Assembly (NCBI GenBank): GCA_030141605.1 | Contig: JAQGDQ010000120.1 | Location: 1 to 64,000 of the forward strand | DNA: 64,000 nucleotides | Source: Tubiluchus corallicola | Lineage: Eukaryota > Animalia > Priapulida | Reading direction: 5' to 3' | Shown: piece by piece, positions 1 to 11,843 of the stretch | How positions within the stretch are numbered: position 1 is the stretch's first letter | How the letters are laid out: each line of letters opens with the position of its first letter | Notes under the pieces: generated by a model | Database searches by the model: none | What the model saw: only the letters and a program-made list of their open reading frames with translations | Told to the model about the DNA's origin: nothing | Made by a program: the position numbers and the translations under genes

Positions 1-868
1 TTATGACACAACTGAGTAATAGCTAAATTGAGAAGTACAGCCAATTTTTTGCGCAAAACTTGCGGCGCAAAAGAGAAATTACGTTTTCTGCAGTAATAAT
101 TCTTTCACGTAAATTTTTCTTTCAATGTTTCATAAATTAGATTGTTTTGAGCTGTAGTTTAAGATTGGGTCCAGTTTTCCTTTAATGGAGAGAAAGACTG
201 AAAAGTTAAACAAATTGAAAATTGCGAAATCATGTTTAATTCCAAATCATTTTCTTACTACGTTGCTTCTCACTAGTCTAGCATTTAATATTTTTGTTAT
301 AATATGTAGTCTACTGAAAATCTTAGTTTTAATAGTTTTATTGCTAAGTTAAATCTTAATTATAAATAATAACTTCACTGTAAAGTTTCTCTTCTCACAG
401 TTCTTTTACACAGCTTTTACACAGTTCTTATACAAAATGGAAATGAAATTGCAAATTTGCAATACATAAGGGATGAGGGGAATAGCTGAATAGGCTGTTT
501 ACTTTTCTTATTTTATTTATTGGCTGAAATTACACAATGCTGAGTCTAACTACTAAATGGATGAACGACTGTCAAGAAAATTTCTTTCTCGGGGCTGCGT
601 TTACATATGTGTTTAATTAATTTATCTTATCGAGGTAGAACATTAGGACATTATCCAATTGTTTATAATCGCAATGTCAAAATTATCACTAACGATGGTA
701 CAAACCCACAACTGATTAATTAGCCACAGAAATTTCAGGATAAAAATTAATCAAATAAAAGCCATCTAATTAGTTGGAATCACTCTAGTGTGAGCAATCT
801 AACATTATAAATGCTGAAATGGTATAGACCAGCTATAGGAGATAAACTTTGGACTGTCATAATTAGCA

Positions 869-940
869 GGGAACACTGTGGCCTAGTGGTTATGGTATCG
901 CTCTTGAAAGCCGAAGGTCCCTGCCTCAAACCCACACCAT
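869..940 (+). mobile_element. tRNA-derived SINE head (degenerate); mirror copy at 10904-10975 (-)
   Basis: A-box-like TGGCCTAGTGG at 879-889 and degenerate B-box GCCTCAAACCC at 923-933, with tRNA-like spacing (…GGTATCGCTCTTGAAAGCCGAAGGTCCC…). No intact cloverleaf. Confidence 0.5.
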
Positions 941-1393
941 GTTTCTACTTTTCACATCGCATCTGTCTTTCGTGCAATGCATCAAAATTAATTGTGGGTT
1001 TGTACCATCATTCATTAGAACATTACTAAGTCACTTCTGCTTGTTCAGAGGCTTATCTTACAGGGATATGCTTGAAAAAGGCAAGTTAAGTTTCTGGTCC
1101 TGTGACAATCATTGCATTAATAAGTACATCTTGCCCTTCAACACTTACAGTATAACAATGATGACACATGATGTAACAAACACTTGCATGAAAAGTAGAA
1201 CATTTTGTTCTGACTTACTTTTGCCCTACAAATGGGAAGAGAGGATAATTTTAGACAATTATAAGAGTGATAATTTAAAAATTCTACTTAGTCTTACACT
1301 CTGAATTAGGGCCCTAGTTAAATGCAATTATAGCAGGGCAGGCATCCATTACACGATGACTCAGAAGGAGGACAACATAGATGGGACATTTAC

Positions 1394-1524
1394 CTCATTC
1401 CTCGGCTGTCTCCTCTACTTTTGCAAAACTCGAATGTAATGCGCTGTAATTGACAAACGTATCTCCCAACACCATTTTGCAGTACATTTTTCAAAAATGT
1501 AACTGGTCTTACAAACTCACCCAT
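1394..1524 (-). CDS. MRPL43: Duplicated first coding exon of mitochondrial ribosomal protein L43; the rest of this copy, if present, lies before the window start
   Basis: Mirror of 10320-10450: [44 protein letters not shown]. Acceptor (ttgcag) and donor (GAG|gtaaat) are intact. Confidence 0.85.
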
Positions 1525-3826
1525 GTCTCCAGTAAAACTGTGCCTGCAACAAAAACGTACATTACAGCAAAACATTAGATATCGCAGTTATTCAGTGAAA
1601 TCAATGTCAAAACCACAAAACCTTAGAAGCTGCTTTTAGAGCTGGCATTGTTATCAATAGTAGTCATAATATAAAATACAAGAATATTAAATGTAAAACA
1701 ATGCTATAATCTCCACTTGCAAGTACTGCCCAGCACTTACAGAGCCCTCTTCTAACTGGTTTGTAATCCCAGACAGGGCATTTTGCTGTTCTTTTTTATA
1801 ACCTTATCTTTGACATTCCTAGGTGCAGAATACAGGAAATGGGAGATTATGAGAACTGGCCGAGAAAGGGCAGTTCAAGCAACTTTTTTAAAAGTACCTG
1901 GACAATGATTACAAGTGTGCTAGAGTTTATAGCATCGTTCCATGTCATGATTCATGAGGTGATCAAACCAGTTTTTTATTTTCTTATTTTTTACTCAGCT
2001 ATCTTACCCATAGATTTCAGTCTGTACAGAAAAATTACTTCCTACCAGTTACAATCTCTCTTCACTTCAAGATCTGAAAAATAACATAGTCTTGAACAGA
2101 TTCTGAATAACAAGTTTCCACCTTGCAACATTTTACTTTCTCAACACATCTCTGCACTAGTTAAATTTCGTAATTATATAGTTATATAATTATATAGTTA
2201 ATTTTACCTATAAATCTATTCACTTACTACCTTGTGAACTTGAATGACTTTGCCAGCAATGTTATTAAGTGGACCTTATACTATAACATAATATTTAGAC
2301 AACTGCTTGAGTTGCATACACTCCTATGTTCTGTCACCACACATTGGTGGCATGGTGCTATTTGGTACACATGGTGGCTATTTTCTATCACCACAGGATA
2401 CAGTTTATTTTTTGCCTTTCCTCCGAACTGCTTTGGTAGCTAATGACCTTTGTGGCTTGCCTTCTACCTAACCAGTTAGACACTTCACACATTTTTGTGT
2501 GTCACTCTAAGCTTCTGAGATTACAGCCAGTGACTTTATACTTCTGTGTTTTCCCCTGGCTTTGCATTTTTTATTTGCTGTGCTTCTGTGTGTTCTCATG
2601 AAGAATAAGAGACCTAACAATAAGTCGGTCTTTGATGGTCTCTCTTTAACAATAAGCAAAATTTGAGACAGAATTGATGCCTCAAAGGCTAATTGAATTC
2701 CATAACCCACAACACGAGAAGGAAAGGAGTGTGCTTTAATATTAGTGAGAGAGTATTATATAAATAATGTAGAGTTGTGTCCACATAACTCATCTAGAGG
2801 TCTACAAAAGAATTTGTCACTACGTAAAATAGAATTACCACTGATGATTTTGTAACAGTTAATAAGACCTGCAGCATCACAGCATTGTTCAAGACAAGAT
2901 ATGTATCGAGTCTGGTTGAATAGCAAAGCCCAGATTAATAATTCTTAACTGAGGTCTCTCCAAAGCACATTTTAAAATCACGTATTGAAGTGACCAAACA
3001 ACTATTACGTCTAAAAACTGAATAATGTTATGGACAAATTAAGCTCTGATCTATATCACCAGAAAATTAGGTTTCACGTATGCGTAAAAATGACTGTTCG
3101 TAACTATTAACGAAATTAAATAAATCAGAGTTGTTGTAGTTGAACACAAAACCCCCGAAAGACAAACGAGTAATGAGTACAAGCGTCAAAAGTTACGGGT
3201 ATTTTCATTAACCTGCAAGTGTTTCAAAGTAGGTACACAGGTTAGTATTTTCTTTCTCTGGATATAACAGAACATAACAAAACGTTCGCGACATGCCACA
3301 TATTATTATTACATGTACCATAATCACTAGTGCGTCCGTGAGAGCATCATGAATTTTGCTGCGAGCTTGCACTCAGTGCCACTAACATCTCCGCGCTGGC
3401 AAAGTGCACAAACTTGAAGAACAATATTTGATTGGTAATCTAAAAACTGAGTATATCGATGGTTTCATCATTGGTTTTTATCTCAATAATTTATACCCTA
3501 GTAACGGTCCATACCCACTATAACCTAATTAACTATGGAAGTTTTTGCTGAATCAAAGTGGTTTATTTAGGATATTGCAGCAATGATCAGGCTGAAATGA
3601 CAAAAACAAAATACTACTATTGCGTAAATGCAAATCTAAATGTTTCGAATTATACTAATTTAAGAAAATTAATGTACCTTTAATTACAAAAGTAAAACAG
3701 CAAATAATTCACTGTCTTAAAAGTCAAATATCTGGTTGACACCGCATTAAGTTCTTATCAGTAAATGTGTTAAAAGTTGCCTCCCGGCAAACAGCAATAC
3801 TCTTCACGTGCTACAATCTTCGAGAT

Positions 3827-5720
3827 CCTCTATCCCCCCTATGTTTTGGACGGAGGTAGCATACATCGAAGACTGATAATTGACCAAACTACCAGACACA
3901 TCAAAATCTTTGTGCCACTGAGGAGTTGTCCTCTGTTAAGTTGAACAATGCAGTATGACGGGGTTGGGTGGAGCTGATGCAGTTGATTTATTTTAGGTAG
4001 CAGAGTGGCTGTCATTACAGGTTTCTTAACTGGTGAGCATCTGCCGTTGTAAGCAAGGTCAGTATCAATGAAGATACTGAGGTGTGGTTGATAAAGTGAT
4101 TCATATTTCTGGAGAAAACGTCTATTCCAAAGTGTTACTCTGCCCGAGCCATCCACCTTGATGACATATTGGTCATACTGACAGACTTCAGTGACTATAC
4201 CAGTCTTGTCCCATTTGGTAGGATGATCTCCTGTCTGATTTTGTATACGTACCTTGTCACCAACAATTAGTGGGGGTAGGCGTTTATGTGTTCAGTTCAC
4301 TGTTCCGATGGTTTCATGTGCCTGTTACGCAAGGCTTTTTCTCGGGATAGTGGTGATTCCTGCCAAGTATTATATGGTTGGTAGTGACCGGGTATTATAG
4401 GGATGAAATCCTATATAGGGTGGCGAAGCAGACACTGGTCTAGGTGATAGCTGGGTACCTCTGTTTGGTCAATTTCTATACTGCAGGCTTGCTCGTTGAA
4501 ACAAGTCTGTATTAAGGTCGCCTTTGGGGCCTTATTCCTAATCATGTGCTTAATGGTCTTAACACCTAATTCTGCTCTACAATTGCTGTGGGGAAAGGCT
4601 ACCAAAGACAGGCGATGATGGACACCCCTGTCTGAAAAAACTGGCATACTGGAAAATGAAGTAAATTCTGAGCCACCATCTGACGCCACTTCTTCGGCAA
4701 TGCCGTAAGTGACAAAAACTCGGTGGAGACAGGCATTGAGGCCTGTGGCCAAAATTGGGGAATGTTCGACAATGGGCCAGTTGGTATAACGGTCAACAAC
4801 AATGAGGTACTAGACACCCTTGTAATGAAAGAAGTCAGCACAGACACACTGAAATGGGTATACTGGGAGAACTGGGGAAGCAGGAGGTGCTGCAGGTTGT
4901 GAGGGTGCTGTACGGTTGCAACTGTCATTGTGGGCAGTGGCACTTGGATGTCAAACCACTACTGCTTTTTTGGGGGTTGGATAGACCATGTGTTTCGGAT
5001 GAAGTACTGTGCAATGATGATATCTCTTGTGTTTTGTAAAACCTCCCCAATAATTGGAAAGCTCTCTGTGATCATTATAAGTGCAAGCTTCATGGCTAGT
5101 GTATAATTTGTTTGAAGCATCAGTGACATATACAGTCTGCCTGGTTTCCAGCTGTTTGGCAGCCATAGATGTACCAGTGAATCTTAGGATAGCAGTGCCA
5201 AGGATGTTGACTCCACGCTTGCATGCGCATGTTGACAGGTATGAGATGTTGCTCTGATATGCCTGTACGAATAAGGATTTTAAGGCTGCACGGGCAACTC
5301 TGGTATCCAGTGTCTGCTATTGCTGAAAGTATGCAAGAATTTAGTTGTCTGCCACAGTGAAATCCAAGGGCTGTGTAGTCATTTGGGTTTATTGACATGT
5401 GCAGTGTAATGAATGGTTAAGGCTTCGATGGCTGGTGTAGCCAACTATTACATGTATGGTCATATAGGTGATGACTAAGGAGAACTGCATGATGGCTATG
5501 TTTTGCATGTACATGGGATGTAATTGAACATGATGTTTCAAACATGGTGTCCTGTTTACCCATGAGCTGGATTGTTCACGACCTTTGTCATGGTCTAGAG
5601 CTGCATGTTTTGGCTTATATCTCGATTTACATGCCATAGAAAAATGGTTTCTGCGATTGCAAGATGTACAGGTTTTGTCAAAAGCTGGACATTTGTCCTG
5701 TTGTAATTTAATATCTTCGA
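3827..5720 (-). mobile_element. Degenerate Ty3/Gypsy LTR retrotransposon (Mag-like) gag-protease-integrase relic lacking RT/RNase H
   Basis: Minus strand carries a CPAFDKT-CTSCNRRNHFSMAC CCHC knuckle (5629-5670) and an aspartic protease ADTG (5306-5314). The integrase core reads PFQCVCADFF…VVDRY…SDGGSEF…HSNCRAELGVK (~4560-4860), with C-terminal GDKVRIQNQTGDHPTKWDKTG…DGSGRVTLWNRRFL (~4110-4265). Purine tract AGGGGGATAGAGGA at 3827-3840. Many stops and frameshifts. Confidence 0.9.
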
Positions 5721-6645
5721 CGTCTTCTATAACGTACCCGCCAACCTTAAATATGAGTGGTAAATGTAGAGGTTAATCAAGCAAAATCATTGCAACCCTT
5801 TTTTATTTCCATGAACACTAATGCTTGATTAGAATTCATTATTTGGAAGTATTTGCAATTCAAATTCAATTTTAATGATTTAACACATATCATAATCACA
5901 TTGATTGGCACACAATTTGAAATACAATATATTAATTGGTGAAATAAAATAATTATGTGAAAATGATCACTGTCATTAAAGAAAATAATGATGGAAGATC
6001 TAGGAAGCTGTGGCTCATGGCAGGCCACCCAGAGGTATTTTTATAATAATTTTATGAAACAGTATTTTTTAGTTGTTCGTCGTTAGTAATTTTGTACACT
6101 ACTATTTCAAGATTAAAAGCTACTGCTTGTTCCAAGAAAACATTACGATGTTGTGACCAAAGTTCTTATTTCAGTGTTATCTAGTTGTATAATATAGAGG
6201 TTTAAGATAAACTTTCTATGTTTTGATTAAAGATTGATACAGATTTCAATAATTTAACGTCCCGTGAAATATTATTCCATATGAGGAGGCAATGATATTT
6301 AATCGAGAATTTATATCTGTGCTACTTTAAATGAAATAATAATTTTTATTTTGTCTAGTGTTGTAAGAGTGAAGATCAGAGTTTCGAATGAAGTAGTCAG
6401 AACATTTCATGAAAAGGAAAAAAATTGTAGCAATAAGTTTGTATTATGTACTTGCAAATGCCTGTTCAGTTTTCTTGTAAGTAAAATTTTATTGTTTTTC
6501 CTGAGGAAAGAGGCTAGCTGACTGCGTGATGGGCTGCCTGCTATGTAAAGAAGTAATGCATTTTTCATTGATTTATTGATTTTTCTCTCCCCCCCTCTCT
6601 TAGAGATAAAGAGGGGGAGAGAGAGAGAGAGTTAAAAGAAAGACG

Positions 6646-6774
6646 GAACTATGAACTATGAATTTTATTTCACACATCAAAATACAATATTGTACACATA
6701 AATAAACAATAAATAAAATAATTTGAGTAGTGTGAGGTGAGTGTACGACCATACGGTCATTAACACACTCACCT
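6646..6774 (-). mobile_element. Probable 3' end of a CR1/L2-type LINE
   Basis: Minus strand shows AATAAA followed by a (TTCATAG)n tail (6646-6670), preceded by a stem-loop AGGTGAGTGT/ACACTCACCT (6735-6774). No readable ORF. Confidence 0.4.
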
Positions 6775-8209
6775 TACTTAAATGAAAATGAAAAAATTAT
6801 TAAAGATATGCGTGCTTTTGTAGATGACTCAATGAAATCGATATAATAAAGTAAATGATGTAATAATAGCAAGGAAACATAAGAAAAACACAATATGGAA
6901 TTACGATTTTGATATAGGCGGCGATGAATGAATAATTTCATTTAAATTGATTTATACCTTACTAATAAAGTAGCAAAGGTCGTAATGGTACCTATTAGCA
7001 AAAGAAAAACATTAGTGCAAAAAATGACCAAATTCAAGCTGTCATATTGTCCATGCATAACTCAATATGAGAAAAACATGCAAAATAATAACAATAATAC
7101 TAAATAAAAATAATAAAAAAAACTAAATAAAATGAAAAGCAAGCTAGCCAAACAGAAATTTAAACAAACTTTCAAATAGGGAACTGAATCAAGCTGCAAA
7201 GTACATGCATTAAAATAATACTAAAGAGTCTAATTAATAAACAAAACAAAAGAACATTATACAAGTACATTTTTTACACGTAAGCAAACTGTATTTAATG
7301 AACATTTATTTTGATGTAAGCCTAACTGAATCTTAAAAAATTAGGCCAAATATAAGTAATGTCTGCACATGATATTATAAGGTATTATGACACGCGTGCA
7401 GATTCTAATTTATGCTTCTCGCCTGAATTCTTAACTAGGTTTTCACATAGTTAGTTGGTTGTTATAGAAGTGGAAGTTATGTCGGCTGCTTAGGATGACA
7501 GCTCTGATGTTTCCTTCAGTTATTTTTTGTTCACTGATAATAAAAAAGAGGAGTAATGTCGTAAATACATCTCTGCTTGTTCAACGTAATTTTATAACTA
7601 ACTCCAACTCATAACAAAGGCCAATGTATGATCATATGCTTTTTAAACATTTTTTAACTTGGAATTAACAAAACATGCAGATGTTTAGATTAAGTTATGT
7701 TCTGGAAAATTATTTGCTCTTCTGAAAAAATCGATTTTTTTCTATGAAAGGTATTACACATGAAAGTCAGGCCTAATATATCTTCAAGTTATATTTCCTG
7801 ATAAGAACATATGAAATAGAAATGTTTTTTAGAAAAAATATTTCTCCAGAAATCGAATACTACATGAGCCAGGTATTCTTTCTTTTGATCAACTTTCTTA
7901 ACTTCTTTTGTAAATAAGCCTATTAATTTTTATGAGATATGATTATAATAATTTTTATTTTAACTACAAATTATTCTTAACGCCTTATGCTTACTTTAAA
8001 TAATATTCAAAAAGATAACAGCTGCTATAAATCGTCAAAGAGAGATGTAGGCCTTGCAGTCTTTGCTTAGCGTACAAAATATTTAACTAGTAACAAAAGT
8101 TTCAAAACTGTGTTATAATTAACATTTTATTATAATTACCTGGCTGCATCCTTGCGAAATTTAAAAAGATATCTTTTTGTGTTTTTGCAACTCACTGCTG
8201 AGCAATTTA

Positions 8210-8560
8210 TGAGCGCCTGTTAACCGGGCTGGTTTTGATGGTCTCATCAATTCATCTGCTACAGTACCCACAGCCTGCGCTGTACCTGACAACAACAGGC
8301 CGCACTGAATAGCCGCTAGGGCGACACTAACTGCGCGAACTACTGCGCAGAAGGACTTTCCCTACTTTATTGTGTATACTTTGGATATACTCAGTTTTTA
8401 GATTACCAATCAAATATTGTTCTTCAAGTTTGTGCACTTTGCTAGCGCGGAGATGTTAGTGGCACTGAGTGCAAGCTCGCAGCAAAATTCATGATGCTCT
8501 CACGGACGCACTAGTGATTATGGTACATGTAATAATAATATGTGGCATGTCGCGAACGTT
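8210..8560 (+). promoter_or_regulatory. CpG-rich patch; candidate MRPL43 promoter / non-coding first exon
   Basis: Local CpG/GC enrichment (GGCCGC, TGCGCGAACTACTGCGCAG, CGCGAACG) in an AT-rich background. The MRPL43 coding exon starts at an acceptor (10301), so an upstream non-coding exon is needed. The TSS is not demonstrated. Confidence 0.4.
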
Positions 8561-11500
8561 TTTTTATGTTCTGTTATATCCAGAGAAAGAAAATACTAAC
8601 CTGTGTACCTACTTTGAAACACTTGCAGGTTAATGAAAATACCCGTAACTTTTGACGCTTGTACTCATTACTCGTTTGTCTTTCGGGGGTTTTGTGTTCA
8701 ACTACAACAACTCTGATTTATTTAATTTCGTTAATAGTTACGAACAGTCATTTTTACGCATACGTGAAACCTAATTTTCTGGTGATATAGATCAGAGCTT
8801 AATTTGTCCATAACATTATTCAGTTTTTAGACGTAATAGTTGTTTGGTCACTTCAATACGTGATTTTAAAATGTGCTTTGGAGAGACCTCAGTTAAGAAT
8901 TATTAATCTGGGCTTTGCTATTCAACCAGACTCGATACATATCTTGTCTTGAACAATGCTGTGATGCTGCAGGTCTTATTAACTGTTACAAAATCATCAG
9001 TGGTAATTCTATTTTACGTAGTGACAAATTCTTTTGTAGACCTCTAGATGAGTTATGTGGACACAACTCCTCTACATTATTTATATAATACTCTCTCACT
9101 AATATTAAAGCACACTCCTTTCCTTCTCGTGTTGTGGGTTATGGAATTCAATTAGCCTTTGAGGCATCAATTCTGTCTCAAATTTTGCTTATTGTTAAAG
9201 AGAGACCATCAAAGACCGACTTATTGTTAGGTCTCTTATTCTTCATGAGAACACACAGAAGCACAGCAAATAAAAAATGCAAAGCCAGGGGAAAACACAG
9301 AAGTATAAAGTCACTGGCTGTAATCTCAGAAGCTTAGAGTGACACACAAAAATGTGTGAAGTGTCTAACTGGTTAGGTAGAAGGCAAGCCACAAAGGTCA
9401 TTAGCTACCAAAGCAGTTCGGAGGAAAGGCAAAAAATAAACTGTATCCTGTGGTGATAGAAAATAGCCACCATGTGTACCAAATAGCACCATGCCACCAA
9501 TGTGTGGTGACAGAACATAGGAGTGTATGCAACTCAAGCAGTTGTCTAAATATTATGTTATAGTATAAGGTCCACTTAATAACATTGCTGGCAAAGTCAT
9601 TCAAGTTCACAAGGTAGTAAGTGAATAGATTTATAGGTAAAATTAACTATATAATTATATAACTATATAATTACGAAATTTAACTAGTGCAGAGATGTGT
9701 TGAGAAAGTAAAATGTTGCAAGGTGCAAACTTGTTATTCAGAATCTGTTCAAGACTATGTTATTTTTCAGATCTTGAAGTGAAGAGAGATTGTAACTGGT
9801 AGGAAGTAATTTTTCTGTACAGACTGAAATCTATGGGTAAGATAGCTGAGTAAAAAATAAGAAAATAAAAAACTGGTTTGATCACCTCATGAATCATGAC
9901 ATGGAACGATGCTATAAACTCTAGCACACTTGTAATCATTGTCCAGGTACTTTTAAAAAAGTTGCTTGAACTGCCCTTTCTCGGCCAGTTCTCATAATCT
10001 CCCATTTCCTGTATTCTGCACCTAGGAATGTCAAAGATAAGGTTATAAAAAAGAACAGCAAAATGCCCTGTCTGGGATTACAAACCAGTTAGAAGAGGGC
10101 TCTGTAAGTGCTGGGCAGTACTTGCAAGTGGAGATTATAGCATTGTTTTACATTTAATATTCTTGTATTTTATATTATGACTACTATTGATAACAATGCC
10201 AGCTCTAAAAGCAGCTTCTAAGGTTTTGTGGTTTTGACATTGATTTCACTGAATAACTGCGATATCTAATGTTTTGCTGTAATGTACGTTTTTGTTGCAG
10301 GCACAGTTTTACTGGAGACATGGGTGAGTTTGTAAGACCAGTTACATTTTTGAAAAATGTACTGCAAAATGGTGTTGGGAGATACGTTTGTCAATTACAG
10401 CGCATTACATTCGAGTTTTGCAAAAGTAGAGGAGACAGCCGAGGAATGAGGTAAATGTCCCATCTATGTTGTCCTCCTTCTGAGTCATCGTGTAATGGAT
10501 GCCTGCCCTGCTATAATTGCATTTAACTAGGGCCCTAATTCAGAGTGTAAGACTAAGTAGAATTTTTAAATTATCACTCTTATAATTGTCTAAAATTATC
10601 CTCTCTTCCCATTTGTAGGGCAAAAGTAAGTCAGAACAAAATGTTCTACTTTTCATGCAAGTGTTTGTTACATCATGTGTCATCATTGTTATACTGTAAG
10701 TGTTGAAGGGCAAGATGTACTTATTAATGCAATGATTGTCACAGGACCAGAAACTTAACTTGCCTTTTTCAAGCATATCCCTGTAAGATAAGCCTCTGAA
10801 CAAGCAGAAGTGACTTAGTAATGTTCTAATGAATGATGGTACAAACCCACAATTAATTTTGATGCATTGCACGAAAGACAGATGCGATGTGAAAAGTAGA
10901 AACATGGTGTGGGTTTGAGGCAGGGACCTTCGGCTTTCAAGAGCGATACCATAACCACTAGGCCACAGTGTTCCCTGCTAATTATGACAGTCCAAAGTTT
11001 ATCTCCTATAGCTGGTCTATACCATTTCAGCATTTATAATGTTAGATTGCTCACACTAGAGTGATTCCAACTAATTAGATGGCTTTTATTTGATTAATTT
11101 TTATCCTGAAATTTCTGTGGCTAATTAATCAGTTGTGGGTTTGTACCATCGTTAGTGATAATTTTGACATTGCGATTATAAACAATTGGATAATGTCCTA
11201 ATGTTCTACCTCGATAAGATAAATTAATTAAACACATATGTAAACGCAGCCCCGAGAAAGAAATTTTCTTGACAGTCGTTCATCCATTTAGTAGTTAGAC
11301 TCAGCATTGCGTAATTTCAGCCAATAAATAAAATAAGAAAAGTAAACAGCCTATTCAGCTATTCCCCTCATCCCTTATGTATTGCAAATTTGCAATTTCA
11401 TTTCCATTTTGTATAAGAACTGTGTAAAAGCTGTGTAAAAGAACTGTGAGAAGAGAAACTTTACAGTGAAGTTATTATTTATAATTAAGATTTAACTTAG

Positions 11501-11843
11501 CAATAAAACTATTAAAACTAAGATTTTCAGTAGACTACATATTATAACAAAAATATTAAATGCTAGACTAGTGAGAAGCAACGTAGTGACAAAATGATTT
11601 GGAATTAAACATGATTTCGCAATTTTCAATTTGTTTAACTTTTCAGTCTTTCTCTCCATTAAAGGAAAACTGGACCCAATCTTAAACTACAGCTCAAAAC
11701 AATCTAATTTATGAAACATTGAAAGAAAAATTTACGTGAAAGAATTATTACTGCAGAAAACGTAATTTCTCTTTTGCGCCGCAAGTTTTGCGCAAAAAAT
11801 TGGCTGTACTTCTCAATTTAGCTATTACTCAGTTGTGTCATAA
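8384..11843. repeat. Right arm of large inverted duplication
   Basis: Reverse complement of 1-3457. 11843 is only the mirror of the window edge, so the true arm may be longer. Confidence 0.98.

Larger units (their letters stand above)
1..3457. repeat. Left arm of large inverted duplication (cut by window start)
   Basis: Reverse complement of 8384-11843: position x pairs with 11844-x, or 11841-x inside a 3-bp indel at ~9068-9070. Six ORFs in the track are exact mirror pairs. By eye I find 6 substitutions (254, 256, 534, 2118, 3278, 3398) plus the indel. Confidence 0.98.

Noticed and set aside
811-2710. ORFs 811-1029, 939-1304, 1839-2084, 2234-2443, 2507-2710 and their mirrors
   Set aside because: No recognisable homology. 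They recur only because of the inverted duplication.
6584-6630. CT/C-run followed by G-run/GA hairpin
   Set aside because: Imperfect low-complexity pairing; terminator hairpins are not meaningful in this eukaryotic context.
1-11843. Giant TIR transposon (Foldback/Polinton) as the explanation of the inverted arms
   Set aside because: The arms contain a host gene exon and its intron with old SINE/MITE insertions. The spacer has no transposase, polB or capsid ORF.
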